32,000 bases of DNA, taken from positions 1,770,001 through 1,802,000 of the forward strand of contig OY780959.1 of the NCBI GenBank assembly GCA_963675915.1, in the 5' to 3' direction. Positions 14,979 to 31,803 of the stretch are shown here, piece after piece. How positions within the stretch are numbered: position 1 is the first letter of the stretch; the number at the start of each line of letters is the position of its first letter. This DNA is from Coprobacillaceae bacterium. GTDB taxonomy: Bacteria; Bacillota_I; Bacilli_A; Erysipelotrichales; Coprobacillaceae. Made by a program: the position numbers and the translations under genes. Under the pieces are notes generated by a model, which was given only the letters and a program-made list of their open reading frames with translations, did no database searches and was not told the origin of the DNA.

Positions 14979-16346
14979 TTGAATAACGATAGAATCAATA
15001 TTCTAGCAAAAATGCCAATAGGGAAGGCATTATTAAAATTATCGACACCATCGACAATCGCGATGTCGGTCCACTCACTATACAACATAGTGGACACGAT
15101 CTTTGTCGGTCGATACATCGGATCTTTGGGAATTGCGGGATTGTCAATCGCATTCCCGATTCAAATAATCGCAACCGGGATGGCCGGAATGTATGGAATG
15201 GGCGGCGCTTCGGTGCTTTCACGTCAGTTAGGTCGAAAAGACCATGAAGGAGCCAACACCACTCTGGTTTCCACATTTGTCTTCTGCGTCATTACCGGAA
15301 TTATCTACGGTATCATCGGATCGACTTTCATGAGTCCGATACTTCGGGCATTCGGGGCCAGCGATACAATCTATCCTTATGCTCAGGAATACATGAGAAT
15401 CATCTTTCCGGGGATTATTTTCTTCATGACCAGTATCACATTGAACAATGTGGTCCGAGCTGAAGGGGCGGCGCAAGTATCAATGATAGCCAATTTCATC
15501 GGGGCTGGGGGAAACATCGTCCTCGACTTCATCTTCATTGTCTTGTTAAGAATGGGAATTACCGGCGGTGCTTTGGCAACAGTTGTCGCTCAGGGTCTGG
15601 CAACAGTATTCCTCTTGTCTCACTATTTAAGAATGAAATCAATATTCACATTTGAATTAAAATATCTCAAACTCAAATTCGATTTGTTTAGGGAAATCGT
15701 TTCAATCGGTTTCTCTGCCTTCTTCACCCAGGCAGGAAACAGCATGCTTTCCCTGGTGTTAAACAATACCTTAGGATTCTACGGCGGCGATATTATGATA
15801 TCCGTATATGGAGTAATCAATAAAATCAACAGTTTCCTGATCCTTCCGATGATTGGAATCCGTCAAGGAGCACAGCCGCTGATGGGTTATTCCTATGGGG
15901 CCCAAAATTATTCCCGACTCTATGAAACAATCAAGGTCGGACTTAGAGCGATGTTCACCTATGTAATCGTGGCATTTATCCTGGTTCAAACCTTGGCACC
16001 AAGGGTGCTCTATCTGTTTGCTTCAGATATGGAACTGGTAAACGCCGGAGCGGTACCCCTTAGAATCGTAGTCGCATTTATTTGCCTGGCACCGTTAACC
16101 ATATTCACATCTTCACTATTCCAGTCAATCGGTTATGCCCGTGAAGCAATCATTACCAGCATTGTCAAAGTAATCGTGGTGATTCCGGTAGTTTATATTC
16201 TTTCAAACCTTTTTGGAACTATCGGAGTATTTTCTTCATTGGCGGTTGCCGACTTCATCACTGCAATGATCTGTCTGACCTTGCTGTTGAGAGTTGTGCG
16301 ACAGCTCCACAGTGATTCGGAGTCCGGCGATCTTGAAGTATGCTAA
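14979..16346 (+). CDS. MATE-family efflux transporter (paralog 2)
   Basis: 455 aa, collinear with and highly similar to the gene at 13368-14714 (for example MNNDRINILAKMPIGKALLKLSTPSTIAM versus MNNERIKILATMPIAKALYKLSAPATIAM). It has a TTG start with an AAGGGGG RBS. Confidence 0.9.
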   Translation: MNNDRINILAKMPIGKALLKLSTPSTIAMSVHSLYNIVDTIFVGRYIGSLGIAGLSIAFPIQIIATGMAGMYGMGGASVLSRQLGRKDHEGANTTLVSTFVFCVITGIIYGIIGSTFMSPILRAFGASDTIYPYAQEYMRIIFPGIIFFMTSITLNNVVRAEGAAQVSMIANFIGAGGNIVLDFIFIVLLRMGITGGALATVVAQGLATVFLLSHYLRMKSIFTFELKYLKLKFDLFREIVSIGFSAFFTQAGNSMLSLVLNNTLGFYGGDIMISVYGVINKINSFLILPMIGIRQGAQPLMGYSYGAQNYSRLYETIKVGLRAMFTYVIVAFILVQTLAPRVLYLFASDMELVNAGAVPLRIVVAFICLAPLTIFTSSLFQSIGYAREAIITSIVKVIVVIPVVYILSNLFGTIGVFSSLAVADFITAMICLTLLLRVVRQLHSDSESGDLEVC

Positions 16347-16369
16347 AAATAACTTGATATAAATGCTTT

Positions 16370-16412
16370 AGTCTTGGGCTTATGGAAATTTCATGAATCC
16401 CAAGACTTTTTT
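16370..16412 (+). terminator. Intrinsic terminator after the second MATE gene
   Basis: A 9-bp perfect stem AGTCTTGGG (16370-16378) / CCCAAGACT (16399-16407) is followed by T6. Confidence 0.7.
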
Positions 16413-16456
16413 ATCACGTGAAATGATTGCGGCCTTTATGAATATCTTAATTCGGT

Positions 16457-16572
16457 TAATAATGGGTTCATCTCACGGTTATATAATATGTTTATAAATA
16501 CAAGTCTTAAACTCTCCCTAATAATATGAACAACACTTCTAAAAAAGGAATCGCAAAGCCGATTCCTTTTTT
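16457..16572 (+). repeat. Repeated intergenic element, copy a (diverged); candidate small RNA unit
   Basis: It shares two blocks with copies b and c: TAATAATGGGTTCATCTCACGG and CTCTCCCTAATAAT (16512-16525). It ends in the hairpin GGAATCG..CGATTCC (16547-16566) followed by T6. The strand assignment rests on the T-run and is tentative. Confidence 0.6.
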
Positions 16573-16658
16573 ACTATCTTGTTATTGGGTTATTTTGCCC
16601 TCTCCATTTCAGTCTGAATCAATTCCCGGCACCAATACCATAATTATCCATAATTATG

Positions 16659-16789
16659 TAATAATGAGTTCATCCCCACGGGCTATATTATACCTGTAAG
16701 GTGAATACCTTATCTCTCTCCCTAATAATGAATTATAAACTATAAAACTCTCTTCCTAAAAGGATCCGCTGTGGCGGGTTCTTTTTTTT
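16659..16789 (+). repeat. Repeated intergenic element, copy b; candidate small RNA unit
   Basis: The order of blocks is TAATAATGAGTTCATCCCCACGG, hairpin TAAGGT-GAAT-ACCTTA, the CU-rich blocks CTCTCTCCCTAATAAT (16714-16729) and CTCTCTTCC, then hairpin GGATCCGC-TGTG-GCGGGTTC (16762-16781) followed by T8. It lies just beyond the rRNA operon terminator, convergent with it. Confidence 0.6.
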
Positions 16790-16803
16790 GCTTCTTTTCG
16801 GGT

Positions 16804-16830
16804 AAACAAAAAGAGGAACTTTCGTTCCTC
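16804..16830 (-). terminator. Intrinsic terminator of rRNA operon 1
   Basis: On the minus strand GAGGAAC-GAAA-GTTCCTC (16830-16813) is followed by TTTTTG, immediately downstream of the 5S. Confidence 0.7.
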
Positions 16831-16837
16831 CTTGCTA

Positions 16838-16947
16838 AACTGGCAACTTGCTATTGTCACGCTAACGCACTATCTTCGCCGTTATGATGCTTAACTTCTG
16901 TGTTCGAGATGGGTACAGGTGTGTCCATCATGCCATCGTTACCAGAT
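16838..16947 (-). rRNA. rrf: 5S rRNA (operon 1)
   Basis: The reverse complement reads TCTGGTAACGATGGC...CCCATCTCGAACACAGAAGTTAAGC...GTTGCCAGT. It has the closing helix I (CTGGTAAC/GTTGCCAG) and the conserved loop A-C sequences. It is about 110 nt, at the short end of the range. Confidence 0.9.
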
Positions 16948-17011
16948 TATCGAGTTTTCCTTAGATCACTCAAAACTAGATAATAATCGACTTTGTTGTC
17001 TTTGTCCAATT

Positions 17012-19910
<2,899 letters not shown>

Positions 19911-20185
19911 TATTGGTGTTTGATTAAACTTTTACTGTTGTAAAATTTTAGTTTTTTCTTAGTTTTTTTTCGACTTTTTCTAGAAAGACCACATAAATTA
20001 ATTAATTAAATCTATCTGGTTATAAATTTTGGAAATTTTCATTTCCTCGATCTCTTTTCTATCTTTCGATTATTATCCAGTTTTCAATGATCTTTGAGTA
20101 AATCTCAGTTCACTCAAAACTAAACAGAATTTCTTAACAACACTTCTTGTTTTTGTTCAACCGGGGTGGTTGAACGGTTCTCCTT

Positions 20186-21710
<1,525 letters not shown>

Positions 21711-21838
21711 TGTTTATTGTACAAACAATTGTGTTTGTTTAGCTCTTAATTTACTTTATATTCCTTAAGAATATTGACGTGTGTTTTTAATTCTGTTTAG
21801 TTTTCAATGAACTGTGGCCCTCTTGAGCCGACTTGATT

Positions 21839-21867
21839 ATCTTACATCATTTACTCTTGAGAGTCAA
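21839..21867 (-). promoter_or_regulatory. Candidate rrn promoter P2 (operon 1)
   Basis: On the minus strand there is TTGACT (21867-21862), a 17-nt spacer and TAAGAT (21844-21839), preceded by an A/T-rich UP-like tract. Confidence 0.45.
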
Positions 21868-21941
21868 CCGTTTTTTTCAACTTTTTGATTCTCTTGATTC
21901 CTGATGTTTTCTTTGGCGCCGCTTCTTTTTGGCGCTCAATC

Positions 21942-21970
21942 AATATACCACTTATCCCCTCCTTTGACAA
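21942..21970 (-). promoter_or_regulatory. Candidate rrn promoter P1 (operon 1)
   Basis: On the minus strand there is TTGTCA (21970-21965), a 17-nt spacer and TATATT (21947-21942). Tandem promoters are typical of rrn operons. Confidence 0.4.
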
Positions 21971-22286
21971 CCCTTTTTTGCCACTTTTTCATCCCCAAAA
22001 AAACCGGTCGTCAATTACCTCGATTACAGCGGGATAATTCACCTGATAAAAAAATATATTTTTAGTTATTCCCATCAACCGTTGACATAACCGCAACCCA
22101 TCAGGTCAATTTTGGTCGGACTTGCCCAGATAACTTTTTTGAAATCAGATCTTTTTTTGGTATGGCTATCCCAAAATCCCCATAAAATAAAAATCAGAGC
22201 CCTTATTTTAAAAGGAGTTGATCAGCCCGATTGTAAAAAGACTCCGATAACTTTATTTGGTTTTGCCATAATTATCCATAATTATG

Positions 22287-22417
22287 TAATAATGAGTTCA
22301 TCCCCACGGGCTATATTATAGGTGTAAGGTGAATACCTTATCTCTCTCCCTAATAATGAATTATAAACTATAAAACTCTCTTCCTAAAAGAATCCGCTGT
22401 GGCGGGTTCTTTTTTTG
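22287..22417 (+). repeat. Repeated intergenic element, copy c; candidate small RNA unit
   Basis: It is near-identical to copy b (offset 5628) apart from 4 substitutions. One of them (GGATCCGC to GAATCCGC) converts a G-U pair into an A-U pair in the terminal hairpin. It ends in T7. Confidence 0.6.
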
Positions 22418-22431
22418 GCTTCTTTTCGGGT

Positions 22432-22458
22432 AAACAAAAAGAGGAACTTTCGTTCCTC
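22432..22458 (-). terminator. Intrinsic terminator of rRNA operon 2
   Basis: The sequence is identical to 16804-16830 (GAGGAAC-GAAA-GTTCCTC followed by TTTTTG on the minus strand). Confidence 0.7.
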
Positions 22459-22465
22459 CTTGCTA

Positions 22466-22575
22466 AACTGGCAACTTGCTATTGTCACGCTAACGCACTA
22501 TCTTCGCCGTTATGATGCTTAACTTCTGTGTTCGAGATGGGTACAGGTGTGTCCATCATGCCATCGTTACCAGAT
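22466..22575 (-). rRNA. rrf: 5S rRNA (operon 2)
   Basis: Identical copy of 16838-16947 at offset 5628. Confidence 0.9.
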
Positions 22576-22639
22576 TATCGAGTTTTCCTTAGATCACTCA
22601 AAACTAGATAATAATCGACTTTGTTGTCTTTGTCCAATT

Positions 22640-25538
<2,899 letters not shown>

Positions 25539-25813
25539 TATTGGTGTTTGATTAAACTTTTACTGTTGTAAAATTTTAGTTTTTTCTTAGTTTTTTTTCG
25601 ACTTTTTCTAGAAAGACCACATAAATTAATTAATTAAATCTATCTGGTTATAAATTTTGGAAATTTTCATTTCCTCGATCTCTTTTCTATCTTTCGATTA
25701 TTATCCAGTTTTCAATGATCTTTGAGTAAATCTCAGTTCACTCAAAACTAAACAGAATTTCTTAACAACACTTCTTGTTTTTGTTCAACCGGGGTGGTTG
25801 AACGGTTCTCCTT

Positions 25814-27338
<1,525 letters not shown>

Positions 27339-27466
27339 TGTTTATTGTACAAACAATTGTGTTTGTTTAGCTCTTAATTTACTTTATATTCCTTAAGAAT
27401 ATTGACGTGTGTTTTTAATTCTGTTTAGTTTTCAATGAACTGTGGCCCTCTTGAGCCGACTTGATT

Positions 27467-27495
27467 ATCTTACATCATTTACCCTTGAGAGTCAA
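27467..27495 (-). promoter_or_regulatory. Candidate rrn promoter P2 (operon 2)
   Basis: It has the same TTGACT-17-TAAGAT hexamers as operon 1, with one substitution in the spacer. Confidence 0.45.
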
Positions 27496-27569
27496 CAGTT
27501 TTTTTCAACTTTTTCATTCTCTTGATTCCTGATGTTTTCTTTGGCGCCGCTTCTTTTTGGCGCTCAATC

Positions 27570-27598
27570 AATATACCACTTATCCCCTCCTTTGACAA
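27570..27598 (-). promoter_or_regulatory. Candidate rrn promoter P1 (operon 2)
   Basis: The TTGTCA-17-TATATT arrangement is identical to operon 1. Confidence 0.4.
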
Positions 27599-27776
27599 CC
27601 CTTTTTTGCCACTTTTTCATCCCCAAAAAAACCGGTCGTCAATTACCTCGATTAAATCGGGATAATCCGAATCAAAGAATTATATCATAAAACCATCCCT
27701 TAAATATCGTATTATATAAAATGACTAATTTGATGATTTGTGTTACAATTTTGTTATAAGAAATTGGAGGTTGTAT

Positions 27777-28661
27777 ATGAAAAAATTAAGAAATTTAGTT
27801 TTAAGCAGTATCCTTGCCGTTGGACTTTTTGGCTGTAGCAGCACCAGCGATCAAGATACCATCAACATTATCACCCCGGCTGGAGCTCCTACTCTGGCAT
27901 TTGTTTCAACATATCAAGATGTGGTTGCCGACGGAATGTTTGACATCGTCGACGGACCTGACTTACTTCAAGCGGAGTTTATTAAAGATGAAAGCGCTTA
28001 CGATATTATTGTCGCCCCGCTCAATCTTGGATGCGCATTAATCGCGGCCGACCAAACCGATTACAAGATGGCCGCTGTCATCACATGGGGTAATCTTTAC
28101 TACGTCGGTACCGGACCTGATGTCCTGGACGATGAGGGGGAGCTGGCTCTGTTTGGAGAAGCAGCAGTTCCTGGAAAAATTGTCGCTCAAGCCGACATCG
28201 ATACTTCACTTACACCGGTTTACTATTCTTCGGTTACCAGTGTTCAACAACAATTATTGGCAGGCCATGCCAAAGCCGGTCTTCTGGCTGAACCATTAGT
28301 TACTGCAACAATCGCAATCGGAGCTCAGTCAGGAATGGATCTCCAAGTTATCGCCGATCTGCAGGAAAGCTACCCTGGTGGTGAAGGATATCCACAGGCA
28401 GCAATTTTCGTCAAAGATGGTTCTTCGGTAAGCACCTTACTGGATGAAGTCGACGAATTCACCAACAATGATTTCCCATACCTTGGTACATATCTTGAAG
28501 ACATCACAACTGATACTTTAAAATTACCAGCTGCTCAAATCGTTGAAAATTCGATTGAAGGTCAAAACATCAAATATGTCCCAGCCGATGCGTGCGAACA
28601 ACAAGTAACCGATTTTCTTTCATTATTCAATATTGAATATTCACAAGATATGTCAATTTGA
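27777..28661 (+). CDS. ABC transporter substrate-binding lipoprotein (NitT/TauT- or NMT1/SsuA-like; substrate unknown)
   Basis: I place the start at MKKLRNLVLSSILAVGLFGCSS (ATG 27777), which has a GGAGG RBS. It has a signal peptide with the lipobox LFGC. It is an acidic mature protein of about 275 aa, immediately followed by a NitT/TauT-type permease. The family assignment is tentative. Confidence 0.7.
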   Translation: MKKLRNLVLSSILAVGLFGCSSTSDQDTINIITPAGAPTLAFVSTYQDVVADGMFDIVDGPDLLQAEFIKDESAYDIIVAPLNLGCALIAADQTDYKMAAVITWGNLYYVGTGPDVLDDEGELALFGEAAVPGKIVAQADIDTSLTPVYYSSVTSVQQQLLAGHAKAGLLAEPLVTATIAIGAQSGMDLQVIADLQESYPGGEGYPQAAIFVKDGSSVSTLLDEVDEFTNNDFPYLGTYLEDITTDTLKLPAAQIVENSIEGQNIKYVPADACEQQVTDFLSLFNIEYSQDMSI

Positions 28662-28663
28662 CA

Positions 28664-29380
28664 ATGAAACGTCAATTAATCACAACTCTGATAATACTAA
28701 GTATCTGGCAGATACTTAGTATTATTGTCAATAAACCGGTTTTGTTGCCCACACCCGAAGCGGTATTTTTAAAAATGGCCGAGATGATCACATCGTCAAG
28801 ATTCTACTTATCGCTATTGGCAACTTTGCTCAGGGTTTTTATCGCCTTTATGATTGCCATGTTGCTGGGGAGCTTTTTGGCCCTGATGTCGGGTTATAAC
28901 CAAAAAATCCGCGAGCATCTTGAACCGATCATCAAGATATTCCAAACCGTGCCACAGGCATCGTACATCCTGATCATTATCGTCTGGTTCAGCTCAACAA
29001 CTTCATTGCTGCTGATAATCCTGATGATGACTTTGCCGATATTCTATTATTCAATCCTTAATGGTTACCTGGCAATCGAAAGCGATTATCTGGATGTTGC
29101 CGAATTGTTTGGAATCAGCGAGATATCAAATATGGTCACTGTGATTATTCCCTTGTTGAAGTCCAGTTTTCTTTCCGCTATCAACGCCGCCCTGCCTTTA
29201 AGCATCAAGATTGCCGTAATGGCTGAAATCTTCATTTCATCCGCAAACGGCATCGGCAGTCAGTTGTACCTGGCCCGAATCAACTTGGATATGGCATCGA
29301 TTTTCGCTTTGACCCTGTTCATGATTATCATCATCGCCATTCCTTCAAACTTGATTAATTTAATAAGTTCAAAAAAATAA
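28664..29380 (+). CDS. ABC transporter permease (NitT/TauT / SsuC-TauC-ThiX-like)
   Basis: About 238 aa with 6 TM segments. The N-terminal W..L....N...LPTPEAV motif and an EAA-like loop (DYLDVAELFGISEISNMVTVIIPLLKSSF) are typical of this permease family. The ATG at 28664 is 2 nt after the upstream stop. Confidence 0.85.
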   Translation: MKRQLITTLIILSIWQILSIIVNKPVLLPTPEAVFLKMAEMITSSRFYLSLLATLLRVFIAFMIAMLLGSFLALMSGYNQKIREHLEPIIKIFQTVPQASYILIIIVWFSSTTSLLLIILMMTLPIFYYSILNGYLAIESDYLDVAELFGISEISNMVTVIIPLLKSSFLSAINAALPLSIKIAVMAEIFISSANGIGSQLYLARINLDMASIFALTLFMIIIIAIPSNLINLISSKK

Positions 29381-29424
29381 GACTTGGCTTAGGTCCATCC
29401 CTATAGCCAAGTCTTATTTTTTTA
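29371..29424. terminator. Bidirectional intrinsic terminator between the convergent ABC permease and feoB genes
   Basis: A 13-bp perfect stem ATAAGACTTGGCT (29377-29389) / AGCCAAGTCTTAT (29405-29417) is flanked by A7 on the left and T7 on the right. Confidence 0.75.
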
Positions 29425-31533
29425 TTATTCTACTGTTCGCGGCGCTTTTCTAAACACTTGATATATTATCAGAGCCAGAGCAGCCATGGCGATGAATGTA
29501 AATACCGAGATTACTCCCGCCACCAGGAAAAGTCCTAACTGATAAATAATCATTGATACGATATAAGAGAATATCGTCATATAGGTAACTGCGAATATGG
29601 TCCAGCGGACATCTTTGAATTCCTGATACATCGCCCCGATTGAGGCGAAGCAAGGGGCACAAAGCAAATTGAAAACCATAAAAGAAAATGCCTGTAGCGG
29701 GGTGAAGTCATTGGTAAAATTACCAAACGCCAAACCACTGTCACTGAAATTGTAAACAACCCCCAGCGTCGACACCAGATTCTCTTTGGCTATCAAACCA
29801 GTTATCGTACCAACCGCGCCTTGCCAGTTGGCAAATCCGACCGGTCCGAATATCGGAGCGATAAGCCCGCCCAAGCCAGCCAACAAACTGTTTGAATTGT
29901 CACTGACCATCATCAAGGAACCATTGTCAAATCCATACGCCTGCAAGAACCACAGCACTATTGAAGCCACCAGGATTACAGTCACCGCTTTTTGAATGAA
30001 TTCATATCCCCGATGCCAAGTTGTTTTGATGACATTGCGCATCACCGGCAGATGATAAGTCGGCATTTCCATCACAAAAGGAGCCGGCTGCCCGGAAAAA
30101 TTCCGGGTTTTCTTCAAAATGATTCCGGATACCCCTACAGCAACAATTCCAATAAAGTATGCCGAAGGAGCCACCCACCAGGAACCATTGAACAGGGCTA
30201 CCGCAATCAGGGAAATGATTGGGATTTTGGCCGAGCAGGGGATGAATGTTGTGGTTATGATTGTTATTCTTCGATCCCGTTGCGATTCAATCGTTCTAGT
30301 CGCCATAATTCCCGGAACTCCACATCCGGTCGATACTAGCATCGGGATGATTGATTTACCCGAAAGTCCAAATCTTCTAAAGACCTTGTCCATAATAAAT
30401 GCGATTCGGGACATGTATCCGATATCTTCAAGAATCGCCATCAAAAAAGAAAGCACCATTATTTGCGGAACGAATCCCAGAACCGATCCGACCCCACCAA
30501 TCACTCCATCAATTACCAGACCCTCAACCCATGATGAGACCCCCCATATTCCAAACAATGTGGTAAGTCCTCCTTGGACCCAGTCAGCCACGATCACATC
30601 ATTGGTGAAATCAGTAGCCCACTTACCAACAGTGGAAATGGCAATGAAATAAATCATAAAAATTATCACGATGAAGATTGGAATTGCCAGATACTTGTTT
30701 GTAACGATTTTGTCGATTTTGACCGTCAGCGACTCGCTAGTATCCGATGCTCTGATCAAATACCTGGAAGTGTACTTGGTCACATAGTTATAACGGTCAT
30801 TGGTGATGATTGAATGAATATCGTCATCTTGCCGGGCTTCAGCTTGAGTCACATATGACTCGATGATTTTAAGATCCTCGGGAGTAAACTTGATTCGATC
30901 CAGAATCAGAGCGTCTTTTTCAATTGACTTGATCGCCAGATAACGACACACCCGGTCATCATAACCGTATTTCCCCACTATATCCTCGACATGGGCAATC
31001 ACGTGCTCGATGTCTCCCGAGTAACGGGGCTCTCGAGGAAGATTTCGATCCTTGCTGCGCAAAATCGCCCTTTCAATCACGTTATCGATACCCTCGCCAT
31101 GCAAAGCTGAAATTTCAACAATATCAACCCCAAAAGACTTTGACAGTTTCTCCAAGTTGATTTGATCACCGTTTTTACGGACCACATCGATCATATTCAA
31201 AGCGAGAACTACTGGAATTCCCAGTTCGAATATTTGAGTTGAAAGGTACAGGTTCCTTTCAAGATTAGTCGCATCGACAATATTTATTATTACGTCAGGC
31301 GTCTCATTTACCAGATAATCACGGGCCACAACCTCTTCTAAGGTGTAAGGAGACAGTGAATAAACTCCCGGAAGGTCGACTACAATGGAATCAGGATGGT
31401 TCTTAATGGTTCCGGTTTTCTTTTCGACAGTAACTCCCGGCCAATTACCGACAGTCTGATTCGATCCGGTAAGGTTATTGAATAACGTAGTCTTCCCGCT
31501 GTTGGGATTACCAATCAGGGCAATATTGACCAT
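29425..31533 (-). CDS. feoB: Ferrous iron transporter FeoB
   Basis: It has an N-terminal G-domain (MVNIALIGNPNSGKTTLFN, DLPG, NMID) followed by a polytopic membrane domain. I place the start at ATG 31533, with a GGAGGTG RBS 7 nt upstream, 1 nt after the feoA stop. Confidence 0.95.
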   Translation of the reverse strand: MVNIALIGNPNSGKTTLFNNLTGSNQTVGNWPGVTVEKKTGTIKNHPDSIVVDLPGVYSLSPYTLEEVVARDYLVNETPDVIINIVDATNLERNLYLSTQIFELGIPVVLALNMIDVVRKNGDQINLEKLSKSFGVDIVEISALHGEGIDNVIERAILRSKDRNLPREPRYSGDIEHVIAHVEDIVGKYGYDDRVCRYLAIKSIEKDALILDRIKFTPEDLKIIESYVTQAEARQDDDIHSIITNDRYNYVTKYTSRYLIRASDTSESLTVKIDKIVTNKYLAIPIFIVIIFMIYFIAISTVGKWATDFTNDVIVADWVQGGLTTLFGIWGVSSWVEGLVIDGVIGGVGSVLGFVPQIMVLSFLMAILEDIGYMSRIAFIMDKVFRRFGLSGKSIIPMLVSTGCGVPGIMATRTIESQRDRRITIITTTFIPCSAKIPIISLIAVALFNGSWWVAPSAYFIGIVAVGVSGIILKKTRNFSGQPAPFVMEMPTYHLPVMRNVIKTTWHRGYEFIQKAVTVILVASIVLWFLQAYGFDNGSLMMVSDNSNSLLAGLGGLIAPIFGPVGFANWQGAVGTITGLIAKENLVSTLGVVYNFSDSGLAFGNFTNDFTPLQAFSFMVFNLLCAPCFASIGAMYQEFKDVRWTIFAVTYMTIFSYIVSMIIYQLGLFLVAGVISVFTFIAMAALALIIYQVFRKAPRTVE

Positions 31534-31534
31534 A

Positions 31535-31765
31535 TTATTCACCTCCTTCAACTACTATCATCTTGGCATCATCTTTTCTGATTGTCAATTCATAGCCGCG
31601 CAAAGACAACTGAATCGGATCACCCAATGGCGCCAGTTTACGAACTTTGACTTCGATTCCTTTAGTTATTCCCATATCCATGATTCTTCTCCGGGTAGCT
31701 CCCTGGCCGTTTATCTTTTTGATGACCGCCGTTTCTCCAACCCGCACCTGATCTAGAGTCTTCAT
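31535..31765 (-). CDS. feoA: FeoA-family ferrous iron transport protein
   Basis: 76 aa from MKTLDQVRVGETAVIKKINGQGATRRRIMDMGITKG, an SH3-like FeoA pattern. It lies immediately upstream of feoB. The longer ORF-track start is a TTG with no RBS. Confidence 0.85.
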   Translation of the reverse strand: MKTLDQVRVGETAVIKKINGQGATRRRIMDMGITKGIEVKVRKLAPLGDPIQLSLRGYELTIRKDDAKMIVVEGGE

Positions 31766-31803
31766 ATTTATCCCTGCCTTTAATGTTAGAATAGTCAAAC
31801 ACT

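Noticed and set aside
16463-16498. An 11-residue (12 codons including the stop) ORF starting at the conserved ATG of the repeated element: MGSSHGYIICL in copy a, MSSSPRAILYL in copy b (16665-16700). This raised the idea of a micropeptide or a type I toxin.
   Set aside because: There is no Shine-Dalgarno upstream in any copy. The peptide sequence is poorly conserved while the nucleotide blocks are conserved. Copy c is truncated to 9 codons by a substitution. The peptide is not hydrophobic enough for a type I toxin. An RNA-level function is more plausible.
19911-20185. A possible tRNA (Ile/Ala) in the 16S-23S spacer, or tRNAs downstream of the 5S.
   Set aside because: The spacer is about 275 nt of AT-rich sequence with no GC-rich acceptor or T-arm (GTTCRANYC) signature. 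The regions after the 5S contain only terminators and the repeated element. I call no tRNA. tRNAscan-SE would confirm this.
22112-22321. A 69-aa plus-strand ORF in the spacer between the two rRNA operons.
   Set aside because: It has a non-ATG start and no RBS, and it runs into repeated element c. The region looks like a decayed copy of the sequence left of operon 1. It is not supported as a gene.
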